From the sequence record PQ471516.1: a stretch of 64,000 bases of DNA. One strand, given 5' to 3'. The position numbers and the translations under genes were made by a program. This document shows, in pieces, positions 9,718 to 19,658 of this stretch (positions within the stretch are counted from its first letter, which is position 1; each line of letters begins with the position of its first letter). The notes beneath the pieces were generated by a model. The model was not told where the DNA came from and did not search any database. It was given only the letters and a program-made list of their open reading frames with translations.

Positions 9718-10566
9718 ATGTCTAACATTTTCTTCAAATCCGTTTCTTTCAATAAAGCTGCTTACTCTTACTCTTATGTAGAAGGACGAGTACTGAACAT
9801 TGTTGTTGATGGTGTACCACTATCTGTCCATTTTCAATCAAACGCTGAAGCCATTGACGGACTAAAAGAACTTACTGACCTTTTGAATGGCGAACGTGCG
9901 ACCAATCAAGACACAGTGAAAACAAATCCACTTGACGACCTCGTTAACAAAATGAAAAGTGGTAAAGTACTGAATATCTTGAACGAATGCAATGAAAAAC
10001 TAAGCGGTGTTCTGGAACGTACAAAAGACACTGTAAGTGATAAAGTAAGTGATGCAGCTTACCGTCACATTACCAGTGCAATTGAAGAACGTGCACGTCA
10101 ACTATTCACTGACGTTGAAGACCGTCTTAAAGATTTAAAAGATAATCTACCTGATATTGAAGACGTTCTTAACCAGGCATTCAGCACTGAAGAACAACCA
10201 AAACAAGAGCAGGAACAACCTAAACCAAAACCAACTGTTAAGACTAAACGTAGCTTCGGTACAGTTGAAGATGTATTTGGTTTTGAAGTAACTTCAACTA
10301 AAGAAGTTAAGAAAGAAGCAGTAGATACTTCTGAAGTTCTAATTGGTGATATGCGTCCATCTGAACTACGTGCAGCAATCGATGTATTTGTAAATGATAT
10401 TACCAGTACTGAACGTGCACAATCCATGTTCAATAGTATCATTTCTAACTTCGATAAAGAAACTGCCGATGAAGCGATGCAAGCATTCAAAGAACTAATC
10501 TACAATGTTGCAATCCAACATGAAGATAAAACACTAGAACAAGTTCTACGTGAAAACTTCCAATAA
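9718..10566 (+). CDS. hypothetical helical/coiled-coil protein
   Basis: 282-aa ORF, AAGGAG SD, charged linker. Confidence 0.88.
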   Translation: MSNIFFKSVSFNKAAYSYSYVEGRVLNIVVDGVPLSVHFQSNAEAIDGLKELTDLLNGERATNQDTVKTNPLDDLVNKMKSGKVLNILNECNEKLSGVLERTKDTVSDKVSDAAYRHITSAIEERARQLFTDVEDRLKDLKDNLPDIEDVLNQAFSTEEQPKQEQEQPKPKPTVKTKRSFGTVEDVFGFEVTSTKEVKKEAVDTSEVLIGDMRPSELRAAIDVFVNDITSTERAQSMFNSIISNFDKETADEAMQAFKELIYNVAIQHEDKTLEQVLRENFQ

Positions 10567-10575
10567 TTGAAAAAG

Positions 10576-10602
10576 AAAAAGCCTCCATATGGAGGCTTTT
10601 TT
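10576..10602. terminator. bidirectional intrinsic terminator
   Basis: A5-GCCTCC-ATAT-GGAGGC-T6 between convergent genes. Confidence 0.9.
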
Positions 10603-10603
10603 A

Positions 10604-11761
10604 TTATGCAGTATAACCAACAATGACGATGGATGAATCAAACGGCTCTACAGATCGTACTGTAACGTTGTCATCAGCATCTAGTTCAATCTCACATAGT
10701 ACTGTATGATTCATATCATCATATACTTGTACTTGTGGATATAACTTACCATGTGTTGCTTTAGGTACACTTAGTGTGTACATCATTTCAGAATCAACTA
10801 CCCAATCACTTGAAAGTATTTCATCGAAGTAAGGTGTAGTCTGGATTGTTTTACCAATTACGCTCAACGAGATTGGTTCATTATCACTTTGATATACAGT
10901 GATATTACCACTTGCATCTACATTGATATCAACACCAATGAGAAAATCATTTGCGTTGTAAGCTTGTAGTACTAGATGATCCCCACGGTCATGAACGACT
11001 TCAGGTAGTACCGCTTTATATAGCCCGTCACTTACGAAATCAAACTGTGAAAGTGCGATATTCGTCACAAATCCAATATCCTCACCTGATTCCAACACGT
11101 CAAACTCAACTGTTTTAGTATTGTATATATCGGAAGTAAGTATTACAGTTCCCTTACCTTGTTGTGTAATAGCATCAACCGGAATGCTAAACACGTCATC
11201 GATAATTTCAGTAGTAAAGTATTCAGTACCGTCAGGTAGGATTACTGTGATTTTCATACCAGTAGTATCAATCACTTCACCTGCGTTAAACAAGCGACCA
11301 CCAACCAAATCGTCACCAACAAACACTGGGAACATAATAATGTTATCAATGTCATGGTCTACAATCCCACATTCAGGGACGTACATATCATAAAGAGTGG
11401 TTGAGCTACCTAGAATTGTTTTATGTAAGAGGAACTTATACACGAACCCGTTTGGGTCAGTACTAAGATTTTGTTCAGTATGGCCTCGAATGAAGAAAGA
11501 GTTTTTCTTAATTTCACTGAGTAGTTGATCATTGGTTTTATTGTAGTTAAGCTGATACCCATTCGTATCAGTTGTTGTTAGTTGTACTTTGCGATAGATA
11601 ACGTTAGTTTTTGGATCTAGAATATCGTATAGTCTGTGGCTTCGTTGACGATAGATTCTCATGTTCTTGAGCTTCGTACCATCTTGTAAATACACACCAT
11701 CAACAATATACCCACATTCACCAAACTTATAACGTCCAGCAGCAGCAATTGACCTTGACAT
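10604..11761 (-). CDS. putative virion structural protein with two C-terminal beta-rich repeats
   Basis: Start moved to MSRSIAAAG after GGAGGG; repeats HDRGDHLVLQAY...NITV and HGKLYPQVQVY...NVTV; TAAATA late-type promoter upstream. Confidence 0.7.
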   Translation of the reverse strand: MSRSIAAAGRYKFGECGYIVDGVYLQDGTKLKNMRIYRQRSHRLYDILDPKTNVIYRKVQLTTTDTNGYQLNYNKTNDQLLSEIKKNSFFIRGHTEQNLSTDPNGFVYKFLLHKTILGSSTTLYDMYVPECGIVDHDIDNIIMFPVFVGDDLVGGRLFNAGEVIDTTGMKITVILPDGTEYFTTEIIDDVFSIPVDAITQQGKGTVILTSDIYNTKTVEFDVLESGEDIGFVTNIALSQFDFVSDGLYKAVLPEVVHDRGDHLVLQAYNANDFLIGVDINVDASGNITVYQSDNEPISLSVIGKTIQTTPYFDEILSSDWVVDSEMMYTLSVPKATHGKLYPQVQVYDDMNHTVLCEIELDADDNVTVRSVEPFDSSIVIVGYTA

Positions 11762-11877
11762 TACTCCCTCCATTGGTATAATAATTATAACGTATTTATT
11801 CCAGTTCATAAAAAATAGCACTTGACCACTAGTGATATTTGTTGTATTATTACGTGGAATATTGATAAGGGGATACC

Positions 11878-12462
11878 ATGAGTGTTTTAGAAAAACGTCT
11901 AGTAATCAGAGACAACAAAATGATTGTTAAGCTAAACAAAGATGAGGCTGATTCTTTTCTGGCTAAGGCCATTGAGAAATCAGAGAGATACAAAGTACTA
12001 GCACCGGATAACAAATCTCCATATGGTTTTAACCACATACATGGTCACTTTGTTGGTATGGTATGTGAGCACGCGTCATTCGTTCTTTTTAATGAAATCG
12101 AAAATTCAACGGGTATCAAACTCAACATTGACCCTGCATTCCAAAGTGATGGTCGTGATGGTGAATGTGATATTCTTGTTAACAACCTACGTATTGAAGT
12201 AAAAGGTATTAAGTACAAATCATGGAAAGACTTCGGTCCATGTGTTAGTACTCGACAATTGAAAAATATTCAGAAAAAAGCTGACGTGGTTCTATGGGTA
12301 TTGTATAATGAGAAAAAGCAGGAGTTCTCATTTGAAGGGTTCAACTACGTCAAGGACATTAGTTCAGTACCCGTAGTATTGACAGGTGCACCAGGCCGTG
12401 TTATGATTGAGAACCATCCAGTACTAAGTATCATTAAACCATTACAGGAGCTACCACTATGA
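11878..12462 (+). CDS. PD-(D/E)XK restriction-endonuclease-fold protein
   Basis: GMVCEHA...DGECDILVNNLRIEVK (E...D...ExK). Confidence 0.65.
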   Translation: MSVLEKRLVIRDNKMIVKLNKDEADSFLAKAIEKSERYKVLAPDNKSPYGFNHIHGHFVGMVCEHASFVLFNEIENSTGIKLNIDPAFQSDGRDGECDILVNNLRIEVKGIKYKSWKDFGPCVSTRQLKNIQKKADVVLWVLYNEKKQEFSFEGFNYVKDISSVPVVLTGAPGRVMIENHPVLSIIKPLQELPL

Positions 12463-12689
12463 TTTGTGCAAACGTTTTTCAGGATACTGGTGACGAGTAC
12501 AATACTAAACTTGGGTTTTTATCGTTCCCTGTTCTACCACCCATCGGTGCAACATTAAATCTCACGATTAACGGACATGAAACTTATTTTAAAGTTATTG
12601 ATATTGAGTACTGTGCTAAGTTGTACGAACGTATTCACGAATTGGCAATCCCAGTAGATATTGATATCATTGTTAAAGAGGATATTTAA
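12459..12689 (+). CDS. hypothetical protein
   Basis: ORF track, overlap coupling. Confidence 0.75.
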   Translation: MICANVFQDTGDEYNTKLGFLSFPVLPPIGATLNLTINGHETYFKVIDIEYCAKLYERIHELAIPVDIDIIVKEDI

Positions 12690-13199
12690 ATGTTTAAAAA
12701 CTTTCTAGCTATTGCAGCAGTTGTTTTTCTGGTGAGTGCAGTTAGTAATCCTGTTTATGCTTCAGTTACTGAAGACACTACACCTACGCAGAAGATTAAA
12801 ACTATCGGTACTGGAAAACAGCCACCTAAACGCAGTGCTGATGAGTATATCCCTGAGATGAGGGAGAACGCCAGACAGACTCGTGCTTTGCGTCAGAGCC
12901 GCGAAGATGCGTTATTCAGCCCTGAACAGCAACGTCTTCGTAAAAGCAAAGGTCATAAGTGGGATGTTGTGAAATCTCCATCATTCTGTGCGGGATATGC
13001 AAAAGTGAAGATGGAACAACACAATAACCAGTACTACCAGGATATGATTACATTCTATGATTCACGTATCTCTGATACAGATATGATGTCGGGGACTGTA
13101 GATCGTGAAGAGTTCCTTGCTGGCTATGACATGATTGATGATAACAAAATCATGGAATGCGTTGAAGTATATGAGAAGTACAGAGGATTTGACGAATGA
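12690..13199 (+). CDS. exported protein (signal peptide)
   Basis: MFKNFLAIAAVVFLVSAVSNPVYA signal-like N-terminus. Confidence 0.8.
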   Translation: MFKNFLAIAAVVFLVSAVSNPVYASVTEDTTPTQKIKTIGTGKQPPKRSADEYIPEMRENARQTRALRQSREDALFSPEQQRLRKSKGHKWDVVKSPSFCAGYAKVKMEQHNNQYYQDMITFYDSRISDTDMMSGTVDREEFLAGYDMIDDNKIMECVEVYEKYRGFDE

Positions 13200-13660
13200 T
13201 TTATCTCGTATTACTATTTTCACCTTTAATATTCTTTGTTGTGTACAATATTATTATTGACACACGAAACTTCAAGTACACAGTAATTATCTGTAAGAAT
13301 GAGGGATGGTCTAACTTCCTTAGAGTTCTTTGGGAATCTTACTTCATTGATAAAAGATTCGTGAGGTGTCCTGAATTTGACAAGTGGGAGTATAGTAACG
13401 CTAAACTATCATCTATTGAGTACATACTTAGACATTACTTGAGTTCAACTAAAGGTGTTACATTCGAGAAAGCATACCCTTATGATAGGTCGTATGTAAA
13501 ATATCGTTTGGAATATCAAGATAAACTTGTTAAACTAGAGATGTACCACAAGGGTGTGTTTTGCTATGTATTTGACTATCTGGTGATCCCACCTTACCAT
13601 GCACGATTGATTGAAGCAGCAATTAAAAAGAATGATAAAAATATTCTTGACATACTTTGA
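13196..13660 (+). CDS. membrane-anchored hypothetical protein
   Basis: N-terminal TM helix. Confidence 0.8.
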   Translation: MIYLVLLFSPLIFFVVYNIIIDTRNFKYTVIICKNEGWSNFLRVLWESYFIDKRFVRCPEFDKWEYSNAKLSSIEYILRHYLSSTKGVTFEKAYPYDRSYVKYRLEYQDKLVKLEMYHKGVFCYVFDYLVIPPYHARLIEAAIKKNDKNILDIL

Positions 13661-13708
13661 ATAACCCAGTATACTAATCTCATAACGTAATCACTAGAGG
13701 ATATAAAG

Positions 13709-14200
13709 ATGGACGTATTAGCTACCCAATTCAAACGTAATGCAGAACTTCGTGAAGGTTACATGAGTATTAGTGAAGTTGTTGAGAACAATTTTAAACA
13801 ATACATCTTTAACTCGGCTATCAAGATTAAGCCTACTAAAGAATCACCAGACCGTAGCTTTACCAAATGGATCGCTTACTGGGAAGAATCCCCGATTGCA
13901 ATCGAGATGACTGTAATTACTACAGTACTAGAAACTGGTTACGTTAAAGCAACCATCGTTGATAAGAAGGTGCGTACATTAGAAGAAGTGGGTGAGTATC
14001 CTGCACGTAACTCTAAAGTATTTGGCTATCTGATTGATTCTAAGTTTAAACTAGAAAAAGATGCCCGTGCATATGTGATGGATAAAGTACAGCAACTTTC
14101 TGAAACACAACAACAACAATCACCTGCACCTGTTTCAAAAAGCGAAGCTGTGGACCAAGCAGCGATTGAACAAATCAAAAAGGCATGGGGTCTGAAATAA
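13709..14200 (+). CDS. hypothetical protein
   Basis: GAGG SD. Confidence 0.85.
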   Translation: MDVLATQFKRNAELREGYMSISEVVENNFKQYIFNSAIKIKPTKESPDRSFTKWIAYWEESPIAIEMTVITTVLETGYVKATIVDKKVRTLEEVGEYPARNSKVFGYLIDSKFKLEKDARAYVMDKVQQLSETQQQQSPAPVSKSEAVDQAAIEQIKKAWGLK

Positions 14201-14610
14201 TGTTCAGTTCACAAAACATTAAGTACATCTTCTTGTTTGGTATTCTGTCATGGGTTATTCTTCCAGTACTAGATGTACTGGGAGTACCATCCGATAATAA
14301 AATTAATGAAATTTTAGGTTTATCATCTGCGTTTTTTGCCTTCGGTGTATTAGGTCTTGGTATATATATGGTTTTTGAGGGTTATGGTGATAAAGATGAT
14401 CGCCGCCGATTTTTCATGTTCATGTTTGGTAAGATGCATTATAATTTCATCTTTACATTTAGTCTGATTCCGTGTATCATATATGCAGTGTGTTATGAAT
14501 ACTACGACTACGCAGGTTGGGGTCTTGAAGTGTTCTTGATTTTAGAATACATCAGGACTAAACAAAATGAATATGCATATTTGTATGCTATGATGAAAGT
14601 GAAGGAATGA
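14200..14610 (+). CDS. multi-pass membrane protein
   Basis: TAATG coupling; 4 hydrophobic segments. Confidence 0.8.
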   Translation: MFSSQNIKYIFLFGILSWVILPVLDVLGVPSDNKINEILGLSSAFFAFGVLGLGIYMVFEGYGDKDDRRRFFMFMFGKMHYNFIFTFSLIPCIIYAVCYEYYDYAGWGLEVFLILEYIRTKQNEYAYLYAMMKVKE

Positions 14611-14614
14611 TAAA

Positions 14615-15058
14615 ATGTATTCAAAAAATAAAACATTGTTTATTGTTTATATTATTATTATCATTGATGCAATTAGTAATTACCTCACACTCAATAACAT
14701 TGAAACATTTATAAATCCGATATGGTTCTGTATCAATCTTGGAGCACTTGCAGTATTCTCAGCGATTGCATTACTGGGATTGATTGCAGTGTATCTGATT
14801 GGTTTAAACGAAAATGACAGAGTTGATTTTGTTAAGGAATACGGAACAAAATCATTATCAAAATTCGTTTGGGTTCTTCCATTATGTTTGCTTATAGTGT
14901 ATGATGTTCAAATGCATTTATATGAATCAGCCGTAATTTTAACACCTATCATGCTTATATATAACGCTTTCGTTAATGAGCACAGGTTAGCCATTAAAGA
15001 ACACTTTATACGAATGGCTAAGATGGGAACCACTCAATTGAATGAACAAGAGGATTGA
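14615..15058 (+). CDS. multi-pass membrane protein, paralog of 14200
   Basis: Similar layout (NEILGL..A / INLGALA; DDRRRF / NDRVDF). Confidence 0.75.
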   Translation: MYSKNKTLFIVYIIIIIDAISNYLTLNNIETFINPIWFCINLGALAVFSAIALLGLIAVYLIGLNENDRVDFVKEYGTKSLSKFVWVLPLCLLIVYDVQMHLYESAVILTPIMLIYNAFVNEHRLAIKEHFIRMAKMGTTQLNEQED

Positions 15059-15062
15059 ACTA

Positions 15063-15314
15063 ATGAACGTTGAACGTGTCCAAGAATTAGCAGCAGCATT
15101 ACAGGCTAACGAAAACCAATGTCAAGAACTTCGTGATACTATTAAAGTCGAGTACGCACGCTTACAAGGTCTTCTCCAGGAATCTAACTGGGTAGTAACC
15201 AAAGGTATCGAAGCAATCTATAAAGATATTGAATCCCTTTTCAACAAGAAGTCTAAGTTTGAATCCGATTCTTACAACAAACGCAAAGAACTAAATTCAG
15301 TACTAGGTGTCTAA
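15063..15314 (+). CDS. coiled-coil hypothetical protein
   Basis: Start moved to MNVERV after GAGGA. Confidence 0.75.
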   Translation: MNVERVQELAAALQANENQCQELRDTIKVEYARLQGLLQESNWVVTKGIEAIYKDIESLFNKKSKFESDSYNKRKELNSVLGV

Positions 15315-15387
15315 AAAGTACTTGACCAATTGAATATCATGGAGTACAATGTGCTCCTACTTTAATGAAAAGCCAAAAGGAAATAAA

Positions 15388-15648
15388 ATGAAATCTATTC
15401 TCGTTGCAGTTAACCTGGTTGCTTCCCCATCTTTCAACTTCAAAAAAGTTGTTGCTGACAATCTGAAGAACATCTGCCCTAATGCTGAATTGACTTTCTG
15501 TGTATTCGATTCCGAGAAACTAACAACTGTTGATCTAAACTATCTCTTGAACGATGTACAAAGTATTTCTGGTGAAAGTAACTTCAATGTAGTTCAGGAA
15601 GTTGCAGACGAGTATGATGATACTTTGGTTATCTCGGAGAAATTCTAA
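15388..15648 (+). CDS. hypothetical protein
   Basis: Start moved to MKSILV after AAGGA; promoter 15322-15350. Confidence 0.8.
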   Translation: MKSILVAVNLVASPSFNFKKVVADNLKNICPNAELTFCVFDSEKLTTVDLNYLLNDVQSISGESNFNVVQEVADEYDDTLVISEKF

Positions 15649-15653
15649 ATCCA

Positions 15654-16073
15654 ATGCGAAGAATCATACAGTACTTAATCAGGAAATTATTTCGTTATGA
15701 AACGATAGAATATAAAGCTAATCTTGCATACCAAATTTACATAGCATTGTGTACTGGTGATTACGCTGTGTTGAATAAGTACTGTACTTCTAAAGCAACT
15801 ATTGATATAATGGCACTTCGTCTGTACGAGTGCCAGTTCTTTAGATACAATCATTATCAGTACAGATATGATGAAAAAGATTTCAATAGCATTGATATGC
15901 TAACGAAATTATGTAATAATAAAAAGAATATTCACATATCAGAATTCACCGCATTGTATTTTTATCTCAAGAGTTCATTGTATATTAACTCTATGAAGAG
16001 ATTCGATACTCGTGTTAATGCATTTGAAGGTAAAGAATTTGAGATATATGATAAATTTTTAGATAAGGTGTAA
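15654..16073 (+). CDS. hypothetical protein
   Basis: ORF track. Confidence 0.75.
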   Translation: MRRIIQYLIRKLFRYETIEYKANLAYQIYIALCTGDYAVLNKYCTSKATIDIMALRLYECQFFRYNHYQYRYDEKDFNSIDMLTKLCNNKKNIHISEFTALYFYLKSSLYINSMKRFDTRVNAFEGKEFEIYDKFLDKV

Positions 16074-16074
16074 T

Positions 16075-16572
16075 ATGACTACTGTTTATATTGATAAGCG
16101 TTTAGGCGTATTAATGACTGATTCAAGGGTGACTAGTACTCGCCCACGAAGTTTTTTGGGTATCTTCCCATTAAAAGAAAAAACCCACTACGGTGTTGTT
16201 TCACAGAAAACCTTGTATGTTCATGACCGTCTCTTCAGTGCAGCAGGATCAGTTTCTGAAATTGATAAAGTACTGAATTATTTAATTACTGGTGAAAAGC
16301 TAATTCCTTCCAAAAAGCTATCGTGCCATTGTGTGTTGTTATCTAAGGACTATTGTATTCATTTTGTCCTAGTAGACGGTAAGTTCGTTAAGAAGTTAGT
16401 TTTTCTACACAAGGACTACACGTTTTTTATGGGTAGTGGTGGTGAATATATGATTGACGCAGCTTGTCATGAGGACTATAGTACTCTCCAAGCTAAAGTA
16501 CTGGATACTTTTATGAAAGTAAAAAATCATGATTGTTTCAGTGATGATAATATTAATGTATATCGTTTTTGA
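16075..16572 (+). CDS. HslV/proteasome-beta-like Ntn peptidase
   Basis: MTT N-terminus, TDSRVT, MGSGG, DCFSD: pattern of the Thr-nucleophile HslV family. Confidence 0.7.
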   Translation: MTTVYIDKRLGVLMTDSRVTSTRPRSFLGIFPLKEKTHYGVVSQKTLYVHDRLFSAAGSVSEIDKVLNYLITGEKLIPSKKLSCHCVLLSKDYCIHFVLVDGKFVKKLVFLHKDYTFFMGSGGEYMIDAACHEDYSTLQAKVLDTFMKVKNHDCFSDDNINVYRF

Positions 16573-16593
16573 TTTTTTCATTAGGAGCCGTAA

Positions 16594-17556
16594 TTGAAAA
16601 AGCTAGATCTAAATGCAATTGCTGATGAAGTACTGGATGAATGTTTTGCTAGTGAAGAAGTCAACGTATTAGAGGCAATTGATGCCGTTGAAGAAGAACA
16701 TGATGACCACAAGTTCGAGAAGCCTAACACTGGTATCAGTTTAACTCGTCCTAAAGGTGTAACGAATGAAATGCTCATCCAGGAAGTACGTGATGGCATT
16801 AACGTTGAAAAGAACATTGACCTTCTAGTACGTTACAACTACCCAATGATTGTTAGTACTGCTCGTAAATGTACATGTTTCATCCCATTTGAAGATAAGA
16901 TTTCATATGGTGTTGAAGGTTTAATGCGAGCGATTCATACATTTGATCCTACTAAGAACGTTAAGTTCATTACCTATGCAACATCAACTGTGTATATGAC
17001 AATCTATAACGAAAGTGCAGACGCTAACTACTTAGTGCACTTCCCACGTTATATGAGTGTTAACAACATTTATGTGAAACGTTGTGTAGAAGCGTACCAA
17101 AAGAAATATGGTAGGTTCCCAACTCCAGAGATGGTCGCTGAAGAGACTGGTATTGAGATTCAACACGTTAAGAATTGTCTAACCTACACCAATACTTATA
17201 TGGCATTGGATATGAAATTGAGTACTGATTCAGAAAGTACCTTGTCTGACATTGTTACTACAGTTGATCCTGATTACAACTTAGGTGCAGAAACTATCAG
17301 TATTCCACTGGTACAAAGTATTGCAGATATGATGCATAATCTATCTGAAAAAGACCGTGAGTTGATTGAACGTGTACATGGTATTGGTTCTTGTGCTGAA
17401 CCAGAAACGCTACGAGAAATCATTGAGAGCGGTTTTGAAGATGAGAAGGGTAAAGTCATTACTGCTCGTTCTTCCTTGCACCGTAAGTACTCTGATGCAA
17501 TGGAACGCCTACGTAAGATGGTTAAGTCCAGAGGTTATGAGTTCGAAGATTTTTAA
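16594..17556 (+). CDS. sigma70-family RNA polymerase sigma factor
   Basis: Region 2 (NYPMIVSTARK...GLMRAIHTFDPTKNVKFITYA), region 3 (PTPEMVAEETG), region 4 (LSEKDRELI...ETLREI); TTG start after AGGAG. Confidence 0.9.
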   Translation: MKKLDLNAIADEVLDECFASEEVNVLEAIDAVEEEHDDHKFEKPNTGISLTRPKGVTNEMLIQEVRDGINVEKNIDLLVRYNYPMIVSTARKCTCFIPFEDKISYGVEGLMRAIHTFDPTKNVKFITYATSTVYMTIYNESADANYLVHFPRYMSVNNIYVKRCVEAYQKKYGRFPTPEMVAEETGIEIQHVKNCLTYTNTYMALDMKLSTDSESTLSDIVTTVDPDYNLGAETISIPLVQSIADMMHNLSEKDRELIERVHGIGSCAEPETLREIIESGFEDEKGKVITARSSLHRKYSDAMERLRKMVKSRGYEFEDF

Positions 17557-17560
17557 GATT

Positions 17561-17590
17561 AAAGGGTTGACTACGGTCAACCCTTTTTTT
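17561..17590 (+). terminator. GGTTGAC-loop-GTCAACC hairpin cassette copy 1
   Basis: AAAGGGTTGAC-TACG-GTCAACCCTTTTTTT. Confidence 0.85.
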
Positions 17591-17621
17591 ATGGGACAAA
17601 TTCGTAAATGGTGATACAATG

Positions 17622-18090
17622 ATCTATGCACAACCACAATGACAGTACTTGTACTGATAATCTTCCCTAATTCACTTGAAAACGTAAAGGATAGATGAGC
17701 TTTTCATTGTAGCGAACAGCAAAAGAAACCCGTTAGATGTGGGCATAGTTTGAACCCCTCACGGCAATGCGGCTGTATAAAGAACCACGTTAGGATGGCT
17801 GGTGGTTCCTCGATAGACATATAAGGATAACACCTTACGAATTATCTAAGGGAGAGTTATCAGATTTTGTACAATATAGTTGCGTCCAAAATTTGAGTAC
17901 TCACATTAAGTATTTGATTGCATAGATACTTAATGAAGATACACTATGTTTAAAAGTGTAGACCGTCATATGAAACTGAAGTAGAGAGAACCAGGATGAC
18001 CCGCTTTCGTGCTCTTTAAGAGTAATCTTCAATGCAATAGCTCTGATACCATCAGCGTCAAATTCCCCTCGGTGTGGGGGGGGGAAGAAA
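17622..18090 (+). ncRNA. candidate large structured ncRNA
   Basis: No track ORF; extended -10 TGaTACAAT at 17612-17620; at least 6 helices incl. long-range 17654-17673/17839-17863. Confidence 0.55.
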
Positions 18091-18218
18091 AATCACCTCA
18101 ACAAATCCCGTCAATATTAAAAGTCCTTGACAGTTATTATACATTCGCGTAAGATACGTAGTATCAGAAGCGAACAGACATCTCGAAGAGATGGATGATT
18201 AACATTAAGGAACATCTA

Positions 18219-18428
18219 ATGAATTCAACAATCTTCTTAGTAGCAGCTCTTTCAATGCAAAGCGGTGTACAAATCACTCCAATGAATTCCATGAATCAAT
18301 GTATTTCTGTTCGTGATAGTACCTACGAACAGGTCAATAAAAATATCTGGATGTCTATTGACAAAGAACAGATGTGGTGTTATAACAGTAATACAAAAGT
18401 TAAACTGTTTGTTGGTGAGAAAGAATAA
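18219..18428 (+). CDS. small hypothetical protein
   Basis: AAGGA SD; promoter 18127-18155. Confidence 0.75.
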   Translation: MNSTIFLVAALSMQSGVQITPMNSMNQCISVRDSTYEQVNKNIWMSIDKEQMWCYNSNTKVKLFVGEKE

Positions 18429-18510
18429 TAGTTGACACGTAAGAAGTTCTAGAGTATAATTTCTACATTGAGTACTGAACTAAATCATTAATTAATCAAG
18501 AGGGTTTATC

Positions 18511-18687
18511 ATGCAAGTTATCGTTCTTATTGTTGGTATCGTACTGGGTGTTTATGGTCATTCCTGGATGCAGGAGAAGTTTCCTAATACTCGTCCAGAC
18601 TTCTGTAGCACTACTGTTAGTTCTGAACTATCTAAAGATAGCATTGGAACTAAACTGGATAAAGTACTGAACGTAATTAACGAGTGA
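18511..18687 (+). CDS. 58-aa membrane-anchored protein
   Basis: Hand translation MQVIVLIVGIVLGVYG...; GAGGG SD; promoter 18432-18460. Confidence 0.7.
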   Translation: MQVIVLIVGIVLGVYGHSWMQEKFPNTRPDFCSTTVSSELSKDSIGTKLDKVLNVINE

Positions 18688-18698
18688 GGTAAGTTATA

Positions 18699-18986
18699 AT
18701 GTTTATTCCTAATAATTCTAAAATTGGAACACAAGTACAACTTCTAGAAGATGTAAGTACTTGCAGTGGCACTTTCACTAAAGGTCACATCTTAACTATC
18801 ACAGGTGAAACCGAGCGTGGTTATGATTTGGAAGATGCTGATGGTAATCGTATCTTAGAAGCAGGGTTTAGTCGTTTTGTTGAAGTGGATAGTACTGACC
18901 AGAAAGAAACAGAAGGTCATTGTTTTGATTACCAAGAAGTTAACTCAAAATGTATCTGTGGTGAAATTTATAGTAAATGGGATTGA
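18699..18986 (+). CDS. hypothetical protein
   Basis: GAGG SD. Confidence 0.8.
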   Translation: MFIPNNSKIGTQVQLLEDVSTCSGTFTKGHILTITGETERGYDLEDADGNRILEAGFSRFVEVDSTDQKETEGHCFDYQEVNSKCICGEIYSKWD

Positions 18987-19103
18987 CATAGTATAGAAAT
19001 ACTATATAATGTTTATATCAAAGGGAATGCAGTGAAAGGAAAGACAGCATAATCGTACTCGTCACTGCGTTTCCACCCTTTTAAATTAAATGAGGAATTA
19101 ATT

Positions 19104-19412
19104 ATGTTTCAAACTAACACTCAAGGTTTTGTAATCATCGATCTGAATAAAAACAGCGGTCATTGGATGAAACCTACTGACGCATGTATGCAGTTTGATT
19201 TCTTAGGTTATAAAATCAGTGTAAGCACTGGTGGTTCAGTACTGCGTGGTGGTTGTATCGTTGAACATCTCGTCACTGATCCTGAAGGCCGCGAATACGA
19301 AATCGCAGGTTCAGTACAAGATGCTATCATGTTCGTGTGTCAGCGTGAAATGAATGGCAGTAACAGCAACGCACTGACAAACGCATTATCACAAGAAGTG
19401 GAGGTTCGTTAA
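19104..19412 (+). CDS. hypothetical protein
   Basis: GAGGA SD; promoter 18983-19010. Confidence 0.85.
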   Translation: MFQTNTQGFVIIDLNKNSGHWMKPTDACMQFDFLGYKISVSTGGSVLRGGCIVEHLVTDPEGREYEIAGSVQDAIMFVCQREMNGSNSNALTNALSQEVEVR

Positions 19413-19657
19413 TGAAATATATTGTTTTAGTAGTAATGGCGTTTTTACTGAGTGCTTGTGATGCAAGTACGAAAGACCGAACCAGTGAATTCCTTCTTCC
19501 TACTGAGTTAAAGGATGCTGGGTGTAAGATTTACCGTATGCGTCAGGAAGGTGATGGTGCAACTTTGTACACAGTTTACTGCCCTCATGCTAATACCAGT
19601 ACATCTTTCCGTACAGGAAAGACAACCGTACATGCATCTGTCATCAATGGTGAATAA
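19412..19657 (+). CDS. putative lipoprotein
   Basis: Signal peptide with lipobox LSAC. Confidence 0.8.
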   Translation: MKYIVLVVMAFLLSACDASTKDRTSEFLLPTELKDAGCKIYRMRQEGDGATLYTVYCPHANTSTSFRTGKTTVHASVINGE

Positions 19658-19658
19658 C

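Noticed and set aside
17622-18090. tmRNA, RNase P RNA or a second group I intron
   Set aside because: No T arm/CCA end, no GAGGAAAGUCC and no P/Q/R/S elements found by eye.
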